IMG/VR virus record: IMGVR_UViG_3300037851_000141
Location: 192,001-256,000 of that record
Origin: a virus
Lineage: Duplodnaviria; Caudoviricetes
Reading direction: 5' to 3' (one strand)
Length of the DNA stretch: 64,000 bases
Part shown: positions 17,005 to 25,636 of the stretch, one piece after another
Position numbering within the stretch: the stretch's first letter is position 1
Layout: every line of letters begins with the position of its first letter
The notes under the pieces: generated by a model
The model's input: the letters and a program-made list of their open reading frames with translations, nothing else
Database searches by the model: none
Told to the model about the DNA's origin: nothing
Position numbers and translations under genes: made by a program

Positions 17005-17964
17005 TTATAACTGAAGTTCTAAAATTTTATCTACATAAGTTTGACATATCTTCTCAAGGTTTTCCATGTCTGTATAACCCAATCCACCAGCATGAGAGTG
17101 ACCACCACCACGAACATTAGAATTCATTACAAACTCTTCATTTATTTTACCGATATGGAAGTCTGGGGTTGTTATTTTCTTATTTGCTCTGATACTCACT
17201 CTTTTTAGTCGAGCATTAGCAAGAATCGCAACTTGATAACCCTTATTAACAAGCAAATAATCAGCGAGTTCATTTATTTCATCGGATTCGTCCTTCAATA
17301 TTACGAATGCCACCTTATTCTTATTTATGGGATCATCAGCTAAAAGGTCAGTTTCCTGTAAATTCTTTATATCGGATTTTATTTTACTCCATTTATCTTT
17401 TAGGAACGTTTTTTCATATTCAGTAAACCCATTGAAACCATTTTTATAACGTTCAATGAATTTCTCACCCCAATAATGATAAAATAGGAAGTTAAGATTT
17501 TTAGCCACTTTATTAGGCAGTTTATTTCTCCAGTTGTCGTAATCGTCAGCTATACGTGCCAAAGTTTCGACTTCTTTATTTTCATATCCATTCTTTTTCA
17601 TAAGTTCCTGGTAACATAATGTAGCACCGCATAATTTACCGGAAGTATCAACAATACAGTTTTTATATTGAGATAAGTGAGTTGCGGTGTCATGATGGTC
17701 AAAAAGCATTAGATTATCGGGAAAATCTTTAGCAACGTGTTCTTGAACTGAAATATCTGCTATTATTATTTCTTGGAATATGTTATTATTTAAGATTTGT
17801 TCAGTATATAGATCGACGTTGGTGTAAGTTTTAAATCCCACAGCATATTGGATATTTTTGCCGTATTTGTTAAGAAGATAATTGATTATTACGATTGCTG
17901 AACACCCACCGTCAAGGTCTTGGTGTGTGATGATCTTAAATGGTTTATATTTTGATGATGCCAT
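17005..17964 (-). CDS. DHH/DHHA1 phosphoesterase
   Basis: THQDLDG, ADIS, FDHH, DDYD, SIR, GGGHSHAGG. Confidence 0.88.
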   Translation of the reverse strand: MASSKYKPFKIITHQDLDGGCSAIVIINYLLNKYGKNIQYAVGFKTYTNVDLYTEQILNNNIFQEIIIADISVQEHVAKDFPDNLMLFDHHDTATHLSQYKNCIVDTSGKLCGATLCYQELMKKNGYENKEVETLARIADDYDNWRNKLPNKVAKNLNFLFYHYWGEKFIERYKNGFNGFTEYEKTFLKDKWSKIKSDIKNLQETDLLADDPINKNKVAFVILKDESDEINELADYLLVNKGYQVAILANARLKRVSIRANKKITTPDFHIGKINEEFVMNSNVRGGGHSHAGGLGYTDMENLEKICQTYVDKILELQL

Positions 17965-18000
17965 TGAAAAATTCCTTGACCTATTATATCAAGGAAGATT

Positions 18001-18306
18001 TCAATTACAAGTATTTTTAGCTTCCACGCACTTATTACATGGAAGTAAGGTAGCGCCACAGCCAGTACGATCTGTAGCTATTGCCATTGGTCTTCCATTC
18101 ATTAGCCCACGATATCCACCACATGGACCTTGAATAATTGGGGTGACTCCGTGTGGGGTGTCTCCAGTATATTGTGGACAAGCATGTAAATCGCCTATTC
18201 TTGCTACCGGAACACCGCAAACTGTCGCAATAGGATCGCCAGTTATAACGACTCCACCATGATCAGACATACAGCCTACAGTTATTATTGTATTTCCACC
18301 AGCCAT
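18001..18306 (-). CDS. PAAR-domain tail spike tip protein (T4 gp5.4-like)
   Basis: SDHGGVVITG..GVPVARIGDLHACP..HG..NGRPMA..DRTGCGATL. Confidence 0.88.
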   Translation of the reverse strand: MAGGNTIITVGCMSDHGGVVITGDPIATVCGVPVARIGDLHACPQYTGDTPHGVTPIIQGPCGGYRGLMNGRPMAIATDRTGCGATLLPCNKCVEAKNTCN

Positions 18307-18917
18307 TATTTATTTTCCTTTAATATATCTTCAATGCTTGGTCCAGTATCGTCTTTTTTATCTTCTTCAACCACAATAGGAAGATTATCCCAACCACCTT
18401 CATATACGTGTTTTTCAAGTCCAGACACAGCTTGATTTATTTCTTCTATTGCGTCTTTAAGTATTCCTTGTCGTCTTTCAACTGTTGATTTTACATATTC
18501 TTTTAGTTCTGTTATTTCTTTAGCTAAATTGGCAACCGGATTATCGCCCAATAAATTTTCTATTTCTGTTATTTTTTTAGCCACACGTTCAAGTTCTTCT
18601 TGTTCAACGGCTGGAGTTGATTCTAATATTTCTATAACTTTAGATTCAATAGTTTCTGGCAATCTTTGTATTTTGTCATTAAGTATAAGTATTGCTTTTT
18701 CAAGTTTACGAAAATCATTCTTCTCAGCAATTTCAACTTTTTTTGGTTCTTCTTTTTTAGGTTGAAATGTTGGATTATCGTTTACAGGTTCGAAAAAGTC
18801 ATATACTGTTCCTAAGTCACGCTCTGAGTAAAATACCTGTCCTGGAGGAACATTAATTCTTTTACCATTTACAGTTATTTGTTTATAGAACTTTGATTTG
18901 TTTTTATAATTTGGCAT
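18306..18917 (-). CDS. Coiled-coil hypothetical protein
   Basis: ORF track. Confidence 0.65.
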   Translation of the reverse strand: MPNYKNKSKFYKQITVNGKRINVPPGQVFYSERDLGTVYDFFEPVNDNPTFQPKKEEPKKVEIAEKNDFRKLEKAILILNDKIQRLPETIESKVIEILESTPAVEQEELERVAKKITEIENLLGDNPVANLAKEITELKEYVKSTVERRQGILKDAIEEINQAVSGLEKHVYEGGWDNLPIVVEEDKKDDTGPSIEDILKENK

Positions 18918-18924
18918 AGAATCC

Positions 18925-19686
18925 TTAGAACGAATAACTATATGTACTATTATTTATAAATTCTGTTGTTCTTCTCATTGATTCTGGTACACCCATATCA
19001 CTCCAATAACCAGTAAGTTGAGTAGATATCATATTCCCGATCTTGGCATAATGGTCGTTTATATGTGATATCTCAAGTTCTCCACGATCACTAACTTTAC
19101 ATTCTTCAGCTAACTTATAAACATCTGGTGTGTAAAAATATAAACCCGTGACAGCCAAATCACTCTCTGAGTTCTTTGGCTTTTCTACGATTTTTATAAC
19201 TTTGCCATCTTGGTCTACTGTAGCACAACCAAAACGAGTAATTTCTGAACCAACTGATTTTAAGAATACCTGTGCCTGTTTATCTCCATTCTTAAAATTG
19301 TTTACCTCTTTAGCGAATGATTCCTCGTAAAAATTATCACCCAATATAACTGCGAATTTTTGCTCTCCAGTATAGTTTTTACATAACTTAAGTGCGCTTG
19401 CGATTCCTATTGGTTTCTTTGGGTCGTGCATGGTCTGAATCTTATATGTAAAGTCTGCTCCAAAATTAGAACCATCACCAAGAGTTTCAACAATCAAACC
19501 AGCAGCTTCATCGGATGTTATTATGAGTATATCTTTTATTCCAGATTTTACCAGTGTATGAATGGGATAATAAATCATCGGAGTTGCACCCTGATGAGAA
19601 TACACAGATAAAAGATGTTTGTTGATAACGTTAGTTGCGGGTTTACAGCGAGTACCAAATCCACCAGCAAGTATAATTCCGCGCAT
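18925..19686 (-). CDS. Sugar-1-phosphate nucleotidyltransferase (RmlA/RfbA-like)
   Basis: GIILAGGFGTR, NKHLL, VILGDN, VEKP, SDRGELEI, WSDMG. Confidence 0.9.
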   Translation of the reverse strand: MRGIILAGGFGTRCKPATNVINKHLLSVYSHQGATPMIYYPIHTLVKSGIKDILIITSDEAAGLIVETLGDGSNFGADFTYKIQTMHDPKKPIGIASALKLCKNYTGEQKFAVILGDNFYEESFAKEVNNFKNGDKQAQVFLKSVGSEITRFGCATVDQDGKVIKIVEKPKNSESDLAVTGLYFYTPDVYKLAEECKVSDRGELEISHINDHYAKIGNMISTQLTGYWSDMGVPESMRRTTEFINNSTYSYSF

Positions 19687-19729
19687 AATAAATTCCTTTT
19701 GGTTGGAATCTATTATAACATCATTTATA

Positions 19730-19990
19730 TTATTTTTGTTTAATCTTGAATCTATTGCGGAACATTATAGCCAATCCACAATCGACCCAAGATTTAGCTG
19801 TTTCATTAAATCCAACATCATAACCGGCTTTTTGCGAGAGATAATACTTGTGGACATTCATCCATTCAATTTGTATTTTATTATATTCAGATAACGTTAA
19901 TTCAACTCGTTCAACAGTTTCATTCTTACAGATACATTTTTTACATTCACAATCTTGGTTAGTCTTAGTATCATCTTCAACCATGAACAT
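19730..19990 (-). CDS. Small hypothetical protein (DUF4032 C-terminal-like)
   Basis: HKYYLSQKAGYDVGFNETAKSW. Confidence 0.55.
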   Translation of the reverse strand: MFMVEDDTKTNQDCECKKCICKNETVERVELTLSEYNKIQIEWMNVHKYYLSQKAGYDVGFNETAKSWVDCGLAIMFRNRFKIKQK

Positions 19991-20034
19991 ATTTATATTT
20001 TAGAACGAAGAAATAAGAAATCAAGAAAAAACTA

Positions 20035-20062
20035 AAGGCGACCAAATTAATGATCGCCTTTA
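20035..20062 (-). terminator. Intrinsic terminator hairpin
   Basis: AAAGGCGA/TCGCCTTT inverted repeat downstream of 20100-20375. Confidence 0.6.
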
Positions 20063-20099
20063 GCTGTGCTGTGTTTTCTCGACCTAAGTTTTTTATTTA

Positions 20100-20375
20100 T
20101 CAGCGTTTACGTGCGTCGGACTTATCACCCTTACCGACATTCTTATAGCCTTGTCCAGTTCCGGTTTCTTGGAATGGATGATTACGGTCGGCAGTTTGAA
20201 TGCCTTTACCAGCAGTACGGGCATCAGTCTTATCGCCTGAACCAACGTTTGAGTAGCCTTCATTGGTGCGAGGATGAGTACGGCAGCAATCCTTCTTCTT
20301 ATAGAAAGTTTCTTTGCGTTCTTCACCTAGACTTCCGAATGGTTTAGTGAAAGATGGGGTTTCTTTGGCTTTCAT
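20100..20375 (-). CDS. Small hydrophilic protein with duplicated GYxNVGxGDKxDAR motif
   Basis: ATG 20375 one base after the previous stop; AGGAG upstream. Confidence 0.55.
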   Translation of the reverse strand: MKAKETPSFTKPFGSLGEERKETFYKKKDCCRTHPRTNEGYSNVGSGDKTDARTAGKGIQTADRNHPFQETGTGQGYKNVGKGDKSDARKR

Positions 20376-20376
20376 A

Positions 20377-21084
20377 TTATATCTCCTGATTGAGAGTAAT
20401 TTCATCATTATTTATATCAGCTTCATCACTTATTTTACAATCTTTTTTTATTCGCAATACTCGTAAATGTGTTTCAGGATTTTTACCATGAGTCTGAATC
20501 CAACCCTGTAACCAACGAATATATAGCTTTTTCTGTTCTGCTTCAAACTCTTTATGATTCTCAGTTTTACAAGACCAATTATACATTAATTCATCTTGAT
20601 CTAATTTAATAGGGAATTGTCCAAAAGCATGTGTATATTTTTGTTTATCTTCAATCAAACACATTGCTGAAATAAATGCCCATGCTGCTCTATCCATATC
20701 AGTATATCTATCAACTTTTACAATAGCTTCTCTAAATTGCGCCCAAGAATCCAAATAGTTTATATAATATTTTTCACCACTTAGCCCAACTCCACGAACA
20801 ACATGAGTGCCACCACCAGGAATTAGATATCTACCGTCTTCCTTCCAAATTATAGGTTCACCAGCTTCGTTTATTGGTACTATTGGATAATCAAAGTTAG
20901 GAATATAAACCCCAATATGTATTTCAATAATGGGATCTTCTGGATTATTTTCGTATTTAGGTTTTCCATGAAGTAAACATTCTATTTGCTCCAGACACAC
21001 TTTTTTACGTGAATCTGAATCAAAAGTAAATGTTCCATCTTCTATTCGATCAAGAGCATAACGAGCTAATGTCCGTGGTTTCAT
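20377..21084 (-). CDS. Hypothetical protein, probably leaderless
   Basis: TGG-TATAAT ends 7 nt before ATG. Confidence 0.7.
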   Translation of the reverse strand: MKPRTLARYALDRIEDGTFTFDSDSRKKVCLEQIECLLHGKPKYENNPEDPIIEIHIGVYIPNFDYPIVPINEAGEPIIWKEDGRYLIPGGGTHVVRGVGLSGEKYYINYLDSWAQFREAIVKVDRYTDMDRAAWAFISAMCLIEDKQKYTHAFGQFPIKLDQDELMYNWSCKTENHKEFEAEQKKLYIRWLQGWIQTHGKNPETHLRVLRIKKDCKISDEADINNDEITLNQEI

Positions 21085-21115
21085 AAACTATATTATACCA
21101 CGAACAAAAAAAATA

Positions 21116-21325
21116 TTACGCTCGATTCTCAAGTTCTCGAATATAAGTGATGTACCAAGTCATTGACCAACGAGGTTCTTCACAGCTATAGTCTGCGGTT
21201 TCTCTCGCTCCAGCAATTAACTGACGAGCAAGTTTCTTATCCGTCTTATATTTATCTTTGATTTTCTTAATGAGTTTTTCAGTTTCCAAACCCATTTTTT
21301 CAAGTACGTGAGCCATGATAGTCAT
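21116..21325 (-). CDS. Hypothetical protein
   Basis: GGAAGGA RBS. Confidence 0.6.
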   Translation of the reverse strand: MTIMAHVLEKMGLETEKLIKKIKDKYKTDKKLARQLIAGARETADYSCEEPRWSMTWYITYIRELENRA

Positions 21326-21529
21326 CCTTCCAAAGTTGAATATAACCTTTTTGGTGAGACTACATTATATATACCATTTTTTATTTAGCAAGAACTTTTT
21401 TATTTGGCACGAAATTTTCTGATGAATCTTACATAGTTTAGAACATATTACTGAAAAGTTTATATAAAAATGATAATTTCAGTAAATCTAAACAAATTTG
21501 ACATCTATTTAAGAAAGGAGTATGTCAAA

Positions 21530-21898
21530 ATGCTATACTTAACCCCTTATCGTTCTCTTTTTGACCGTCTTTTGGATGAATTCTGGACCGAAGACGTTTA
21601 TTCTAAGCGAGTTAATGGAGAATTATTGGTGTACGTCAACGATCAGCTTGTTAAACGCACCTTAAAAGATGGTACAGTTGAATGGTACAAATCTGGTCGT
21701 TTACATAATGAGTCTGGTCCTGCTGTTCAATCAAAAGCTGGCGATGAATACTGGCTTAATGGTCGGCAAGTTTCTAAAGATGAAGTTGAAAAATATAAAC
21801 AGAAACTTGAGGACGAAAAGAAGATTGATTATAAACTTAGTCTGACAAAAGCAGAACGAGAAAAGATTGAATCTGCTTTAGGTCGTAAATTAGAATAG
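21530..21898 (+). CDS. Hypothetical protein with Hsp20-like N-terminus and HxxxGPA phage repeat
   Basis: AAGGAG RBS; MLYLTPYRSLFDRLLDEFW; EWYKSGRLHNESGPAV..EYWLNG. Confidence 0.65.
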   Translation: MLYLTPYRSLFDRLLDEFWTEDVYSKRVNGELLVYVNDQLVKRTLKDGTVEWYKSGRLHNESGPAVQSKAGDEYWLNGRQVSKDEVEKYKQKLEDEKKIDYKLSLTKAEREKIESALGRKLE

Positions 21899-21905
21899 TC
21901 AAAAG

Positions 21906-21939
21906 AAATGGGGTGAGAACTAAAAGCCTCACCCCATTT
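21906..21939. terminator. Bidirectional terminator
   Basis: AAATGGGGTGAG/CTCACCCCATTT between convergent genes. Confidence 0.75.
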
Positions 21940-22196
21940 TACTTAGGTTTAGTTTCTGATATCTGACCTAAAATAAGTGCCGCATTTATTTGTCTCATAT
22001 CCACTTCATATCCAAATTTGGCACATAATGCTTTTCTTAGGTCTTCCATTTGATTTTGTTTGCTAAATCCCATATATACCGTTGTATCCAATTGGTAAAA
22101 TTCGTTGTCATCAAGATAAACTGGACGATAATTTCCATCTGGTCTTTGTTGTTCTGGTCCTATACGGAATTTTAGCATATTTGATATCCTTTTCAA
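21939..22196 (-). CDS. Hypothetical protein
   Basis: ORF track. Confidence 0.55.
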   Translation of the reverse strand: MKRISNMLKFRIGPEQQRPDGNYRPVYLDDNEFYQLDTTVYMGFSKQNQMEDLRKALCAKFGYEVDMRQINAALILGQISETKPK

Positions 22197-22216
22197 TATT
22201 ATATCAGATTATTATA

Positions 22217-23878
22217 TTATTTACTTGCGATTGGTAAATATCTAAACGCAACTTCCAGAGCCAATGTATAGTAGCAATGATTTAGGATTCTTGAAGTATC
22301 TCCACCATGAAATGATTGTTTCTCAAAAGGCCAAGAACCATCTAAACAGTCTGCGGTCTTGAATTGAGTATCGATGACCCACTTGACATAACCAGTTTCT
22401 TCATCAGCCCACTTCTTCCAATGTTCTCCGTTATACATGAATGCCGATAATGATGCGTAATATAGGGCATAACTGTTGGTCTTATATTTACCACCAACAA
22501 GCCAACGTTCAGTCATATCATTCATCATAGTGTCAAGTAATATGTCTCCCTGTTTATAGCTAAGAAATACCGCACATAATGAACCTACGAAACTAAGGTG
22601 GTCTTTAGAGACTTTACCATCAACTGACCAAGTATAAGGGAATACAGATTTACCATATGGATCAAGTTTCTCATAACCAGGATTAGCAGCCTTCCAAGCC
22701 TTCTCAACCCAAACTTTTGTACCATCAAGAGCGCCTTTAGTGTCAATTCCTGCGGCTTTTGCTGACTTCAAACAAAGACAATTCCAGCCTGAGACACTTG
22801 AATCCATGCGATTAGGGTTAGCATTTACATAATCCCAAGCAAGACCAGCATAAGCTTGATCCGCAGCATTTGGGTCTTTTACTTGTCTACTGATAATGAT
22901 ATTGACTGCTTTTTCTAATGGCTCTTTTAGTTCTGGGTCATTTGTCATTCCATATGCTTCTGCGAGTGCCATTGTACAAATTGGATGTTCGTAATTTCTA
23001 TTTCCAATAAGTCCATCTGGCTTTTGTACAGCTAATAACCAACTGATACCAGTTTTTATGGAATTGCGATATCTACTCATTTGTTTATGTGTATATCCAG
23101 CCCCAAGGAAACACAATAATGAATATCCTGTCATAGCTTCATCGGCACCATTTACATTTTTTCCAGGTTCGCATTGATTGCCATCTTTACAGTTTGTGAA
23201 ATAGTTGTCAGAATCCCAACTTCCATTTTCAGATTGATGTTTTTGTAACCAACGTAGCGCAGCATCTATAGCACTTGTAGCTCCAGACGCATTCTTTGGG
23301 CCATATTTACTTCTCATTTTTGTCTTATCACCACCGGGTTTGCGCCATCCCCAAGCACCAGATCCGCCTCCACCCACACCCATAACCATAGCAAACCCTT
23401 GCCCACCAGCCTCGCTAAATGCTTTGGCTTCTTCTCTTCCATTTACTGAATTATCATCGGTTACATCTTCTCTTTCCATAGTATCATCGATTGCCATGTC
23501 TGGAACAATAACAGTCATTTCATCTTTTATATTCTTGTCATGTTCAACATTAGATATTTTTGGACGCTCAACCAATGCTCTTTCTTCAGTTTTATCAGGA
23601 GGAGGCGGTGGAATATCAATTTGTACTACTTGAATGGGCGGTTTGTCTTCAATCATTTGTTTGGCAAAATATACCATTGAAACAAGTAAAATCATTATGG
23701 CGTGTAAAGACAAAGAAATGCCCCAACCCGCGATGCCTCTTGCTTTTGATTCAGTATCATTTTCATCAAGATACTCGTTTATTTCATCAAATTCTTCTTT
23801 GACTTCATCTTTATTTTCGGTGTTTATAAGTGCCATAACCCTCTCCTTTAAGTCTGGTTGTGAATACGGTGCCTTCAT
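22217..23878 (-). CDS. Membrane-anchored prenyltransferase/squalene-oxidase-repeat (alpha/alpha-barrel) protein, Planctomycete-type
   Basis: TM SLSLHAIMILL, acidic/Pro linker, ALRWLQKHQSENGSW, GYSLLCFLGAG, ICTMALAEAYGMT, DSSVSGW. Confidence 0.85.
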   Translation of the reverse strand: MKAPYSQPDLKERVMALINTENKDEVKEEFDEINEYLDENDTESKARGIAGWGISLSLHAIMILLVSMVYFAKQMIEDKPPIQVVQIDIPPPPPDKTEERALVERPKISNVEHDKNIKDEMTVIVPDMAIDDTMEREDVTDDNSVNGREEAKAFSEAGGQGFAMVMGVGGGGSGAWGWRKPGGDKTKMRSKYGPKNASGATSAIDAALRWLQKHQSENGSWDSDNYFTNCKDGNQCEPGKNVNGADEAMTGYSLLCFLGAGYTHKQMSRYRNSIKTGISWLLAVQKPDGLIGNRNYEHPICTMALAEAYGMTNDPELKEPLEKAVNIIISRQVKDPNAADQAYAGLAWDYVNANPNRMDSSVSGWNCLCLKSAKAAGIDTKGALDGTKVWVEKAWKAANPGYEKLDPYGKSVFPYTWSVDGKVSKDHLSFVGSLCAVFLSYKQGDILLDTMMNDMTERWLVGGKYKTNSYALYYASLSAFMYNGEHWKKWADEETGYVKWVIDTQFKTADCLDGSWPFEKQSFHGGDTSRILNHCYYTLALEVAFRYLPIASK

Positions 23879-23933
23879 AAAAGGATAAACGACATAAATA
23901 AGAATAGGTTCATCTTATTTTTAGGAGACGACT

Positions 23934-24113
23934 ATGGATTGGCGAAAACTGATATCCGAAGAAAATAAAAAAGGAATAAAAGAAATAAAAATTGAAAATG
24001 GAAAAATTACTTTATATGTAGATCCAGCTTTTCTTCAACCAGTTAGAAGTAGTTTAAGAATGTTATATGAACAAATTAATATTAAACCATTCATTCGTAT
24101 AGATATTTGTTAA
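23934..24113 (+). CDS. 59-aa hypothetical protein (not in ORF track)
   Basis: AGGAG RBS at 23923-23927; MDWRKLISEENKKG... Confidence 0.5.
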   Translation: MDWRKLISEENKKGIKEIKIENGKITLYVDPAFLQPVRSSLRMLYEQINIKPFIRIDIC

Positions 24114-24573
24114 GCGAGAATCTATCCTTAATCATATTACAAACAACATCATCGTCAATCTGTGTTATTTCTGGGATTAGTTTGGCGTATTCATCCCATA
24201 TATCTTTATGTTGTAGATTATCATAAGCTTTATTATATACAACACGGGTAATTCCAGCATTTATAATCAAACCAAGACACGAATGACACGGTTGATGGGT
24301 AATATAAATCGTACATCCACTGGTATCAAAAGGACAGTTAATTATTGAGTTAGGCTCTGCATGGATGACCCTTAAGTACTTGGCAGGCCGCTCCCATTTT
24401 TCTTTAGTTTCTTCTGTACCTTTAGGAAATCCGTTATATCCAGTACTTATTTGTCTACCATTTGGATGAACTATAACACACCCGACTTTAGTTGTTGGAT
24501 CTTTACTTAAATCATATGCCGTCATCCAAGCAAGACGAAGGTAATGTGTATCAATTGTTTTTTGATTAGGCAT
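24091..24573 (-). CDS. dCMP deaminase (ComEB-like)
   Basis: SKDPTTKVG, GYNGFP, HAEPN, PCHSC. Confidence 0.92.
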   Translation of the reverse strand: MPNQKTIDTHYLRLAWMTAYDLSKDPTTKVGCVIVHPNGRQISTGYNGFPKGTEETKEKWERPAKYLRVIHAEPNSIINCPFDTSGCTIYITHQPCHSCLGLIINAGITRVVYNKAYDNLQHKDIWDEYAKLIPEITQIDDDVVCNMIKDRFSLNKYLYE

Positions 24574-24877
24574 TTTCAGTTCCAGTTTGATTGTCAGAAT
24601 TATTATCTTCTTTACTTTTAACTATTGCTTCGTATTTTTTCTTGATATCAGCTTTAAGATCATCAGTCATCTCAACATTATCAATGAGCCAGTCTATTCC
24701 CGATTCTATAAAATGATCTAACGTGAATGCTGTTAAGTAATGAATTCTATCTTTTGTATTATAGTCAACGATAAATCCAAACCAATCAAATCTGGCTTTT
24801 TGGAATGGAACTATGAGATAATGTCCATATTTGAATGCTTTTTTCTGATTAGTTGGTTCTGCGTTGAATAATGTCAT
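24566..24877 (-). CDS. Hypothetical protein
   Basis: ORF track, operonic overlap. Confidence 0.6.
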   Translation of the reverse strand: MTLFNAEPTNQKKAFKYGHYLIVPFQKARFDWFGFIVDYNTKDRIHYLTAFTLDHFIESGIDWLIDNVEMTDDLKADIKKKYEAIVKSKEDNNSDNQTGTENA

Positions 24878-25368
24878 GTTCTTAGTTTGTTAATCCTATT
24901 TTGTACTTTGCGACGATCAAAGTTAGATAGACGATCAATAAATAGCATACCATCTAAATGATCGATTTCATGTTGACAAATAATAGCAAATAATCCATCA
25001 ACATCAATTTCTTTTTGTTCGCCAGTTATCGTTTGGTACTTTAATGTAAACTTGCTAAATCTTTTATTAAGACAAGAAACATCAGGAATTGATAAACAAC
25101 TCTCAGGATACATAATAATATCTTTTGGGTTTTCTATAACTGGATTGAAAAATACTTGGTCATATTTCTGTAATTCTGGTTTTGTTGATGGTGCTAATAC
25201 AAAGAATCTTTTCTGAATGTCTATCTGTGGGGCAGCTAAAGCAAACCCACATAGTTCTTGACAATATTTCTTCATTTCTTCGCATAATGGAATAAGATCA
25301 GGTGTGAAATCAATTACTGGTTCACTCTTTAGATATAATTTTAGGTTGGGATATTTTAGTAGATTCAT
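24874..25368 (-). CDS. def: Peptide deformylase
   Basis: GFALAAPQI, ESCLSIP, QHEIDHLDG. Confidence 0.93.
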   Translation of the reverse strand: MNLLKYPNLKLYLKSEPVIDFTPDLIPLCEEMKKYCQELCGFALAAPQIDIQKRFFVLAPSTKPELQKYDQVFFNPVIENPKDIIMYPESCLSIPDVSCLNKRFSKFTLKYQTITGEQKEIDVDGLFAIICQHEIDHLDGMLFIDRLSNFDRRKVQNRINKLRT

Positions 25369-25450
25369 TTACATTATTATACCAGCCTATGATAAAATTT
25401 CAACAAGAATGTTATAATGAACGTATAAATAACTTACATAAGGAGTTATC

Positions 25451-25636
25451 ATGATTGAACTAAATAATAAAAAGTACTATACAACTAAAGAAGTATCTCA
25501 GAAATTGGGGCTACATTTTAGGACTATTCAAGGTTGGGTAAGTGCTGGTAAATTGATTCCACTAAAATTCGGACCTAAAAAATTCTATTACGATGAAGAA
25601 TCAATTGAAAAATGTTTAAGAGGAGAAAATAAGTGA
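25451..25636 (+). CDS. Excisionase/MerR-type HTH protein
   Basis: YYTTKEVSQKLGLHFRTIQGWVSAGKL; late promoter at 25424; AGGAG RBS. Confidence 0.8.
   Translation: MIELNNKKYYTTKEVSQKLGLHFRTIQGWVSAGKLIPLKFGPKKFYYDEESIEKCLRGENK

Noticed and set aside
18001-18306. Type VI secretion locus
   Set aside because: Lone PAAR with no VgrG/Hcp/Tss genes; PAAR tips are normal in contractile-tailed phages.
22217-23878. Squalene-hopene cyclase auxiliary metabolic gene
   Set aside because: No DxDD catalytic motif and only one barrel; matches the uncharacterised prenyltransferase-like family.
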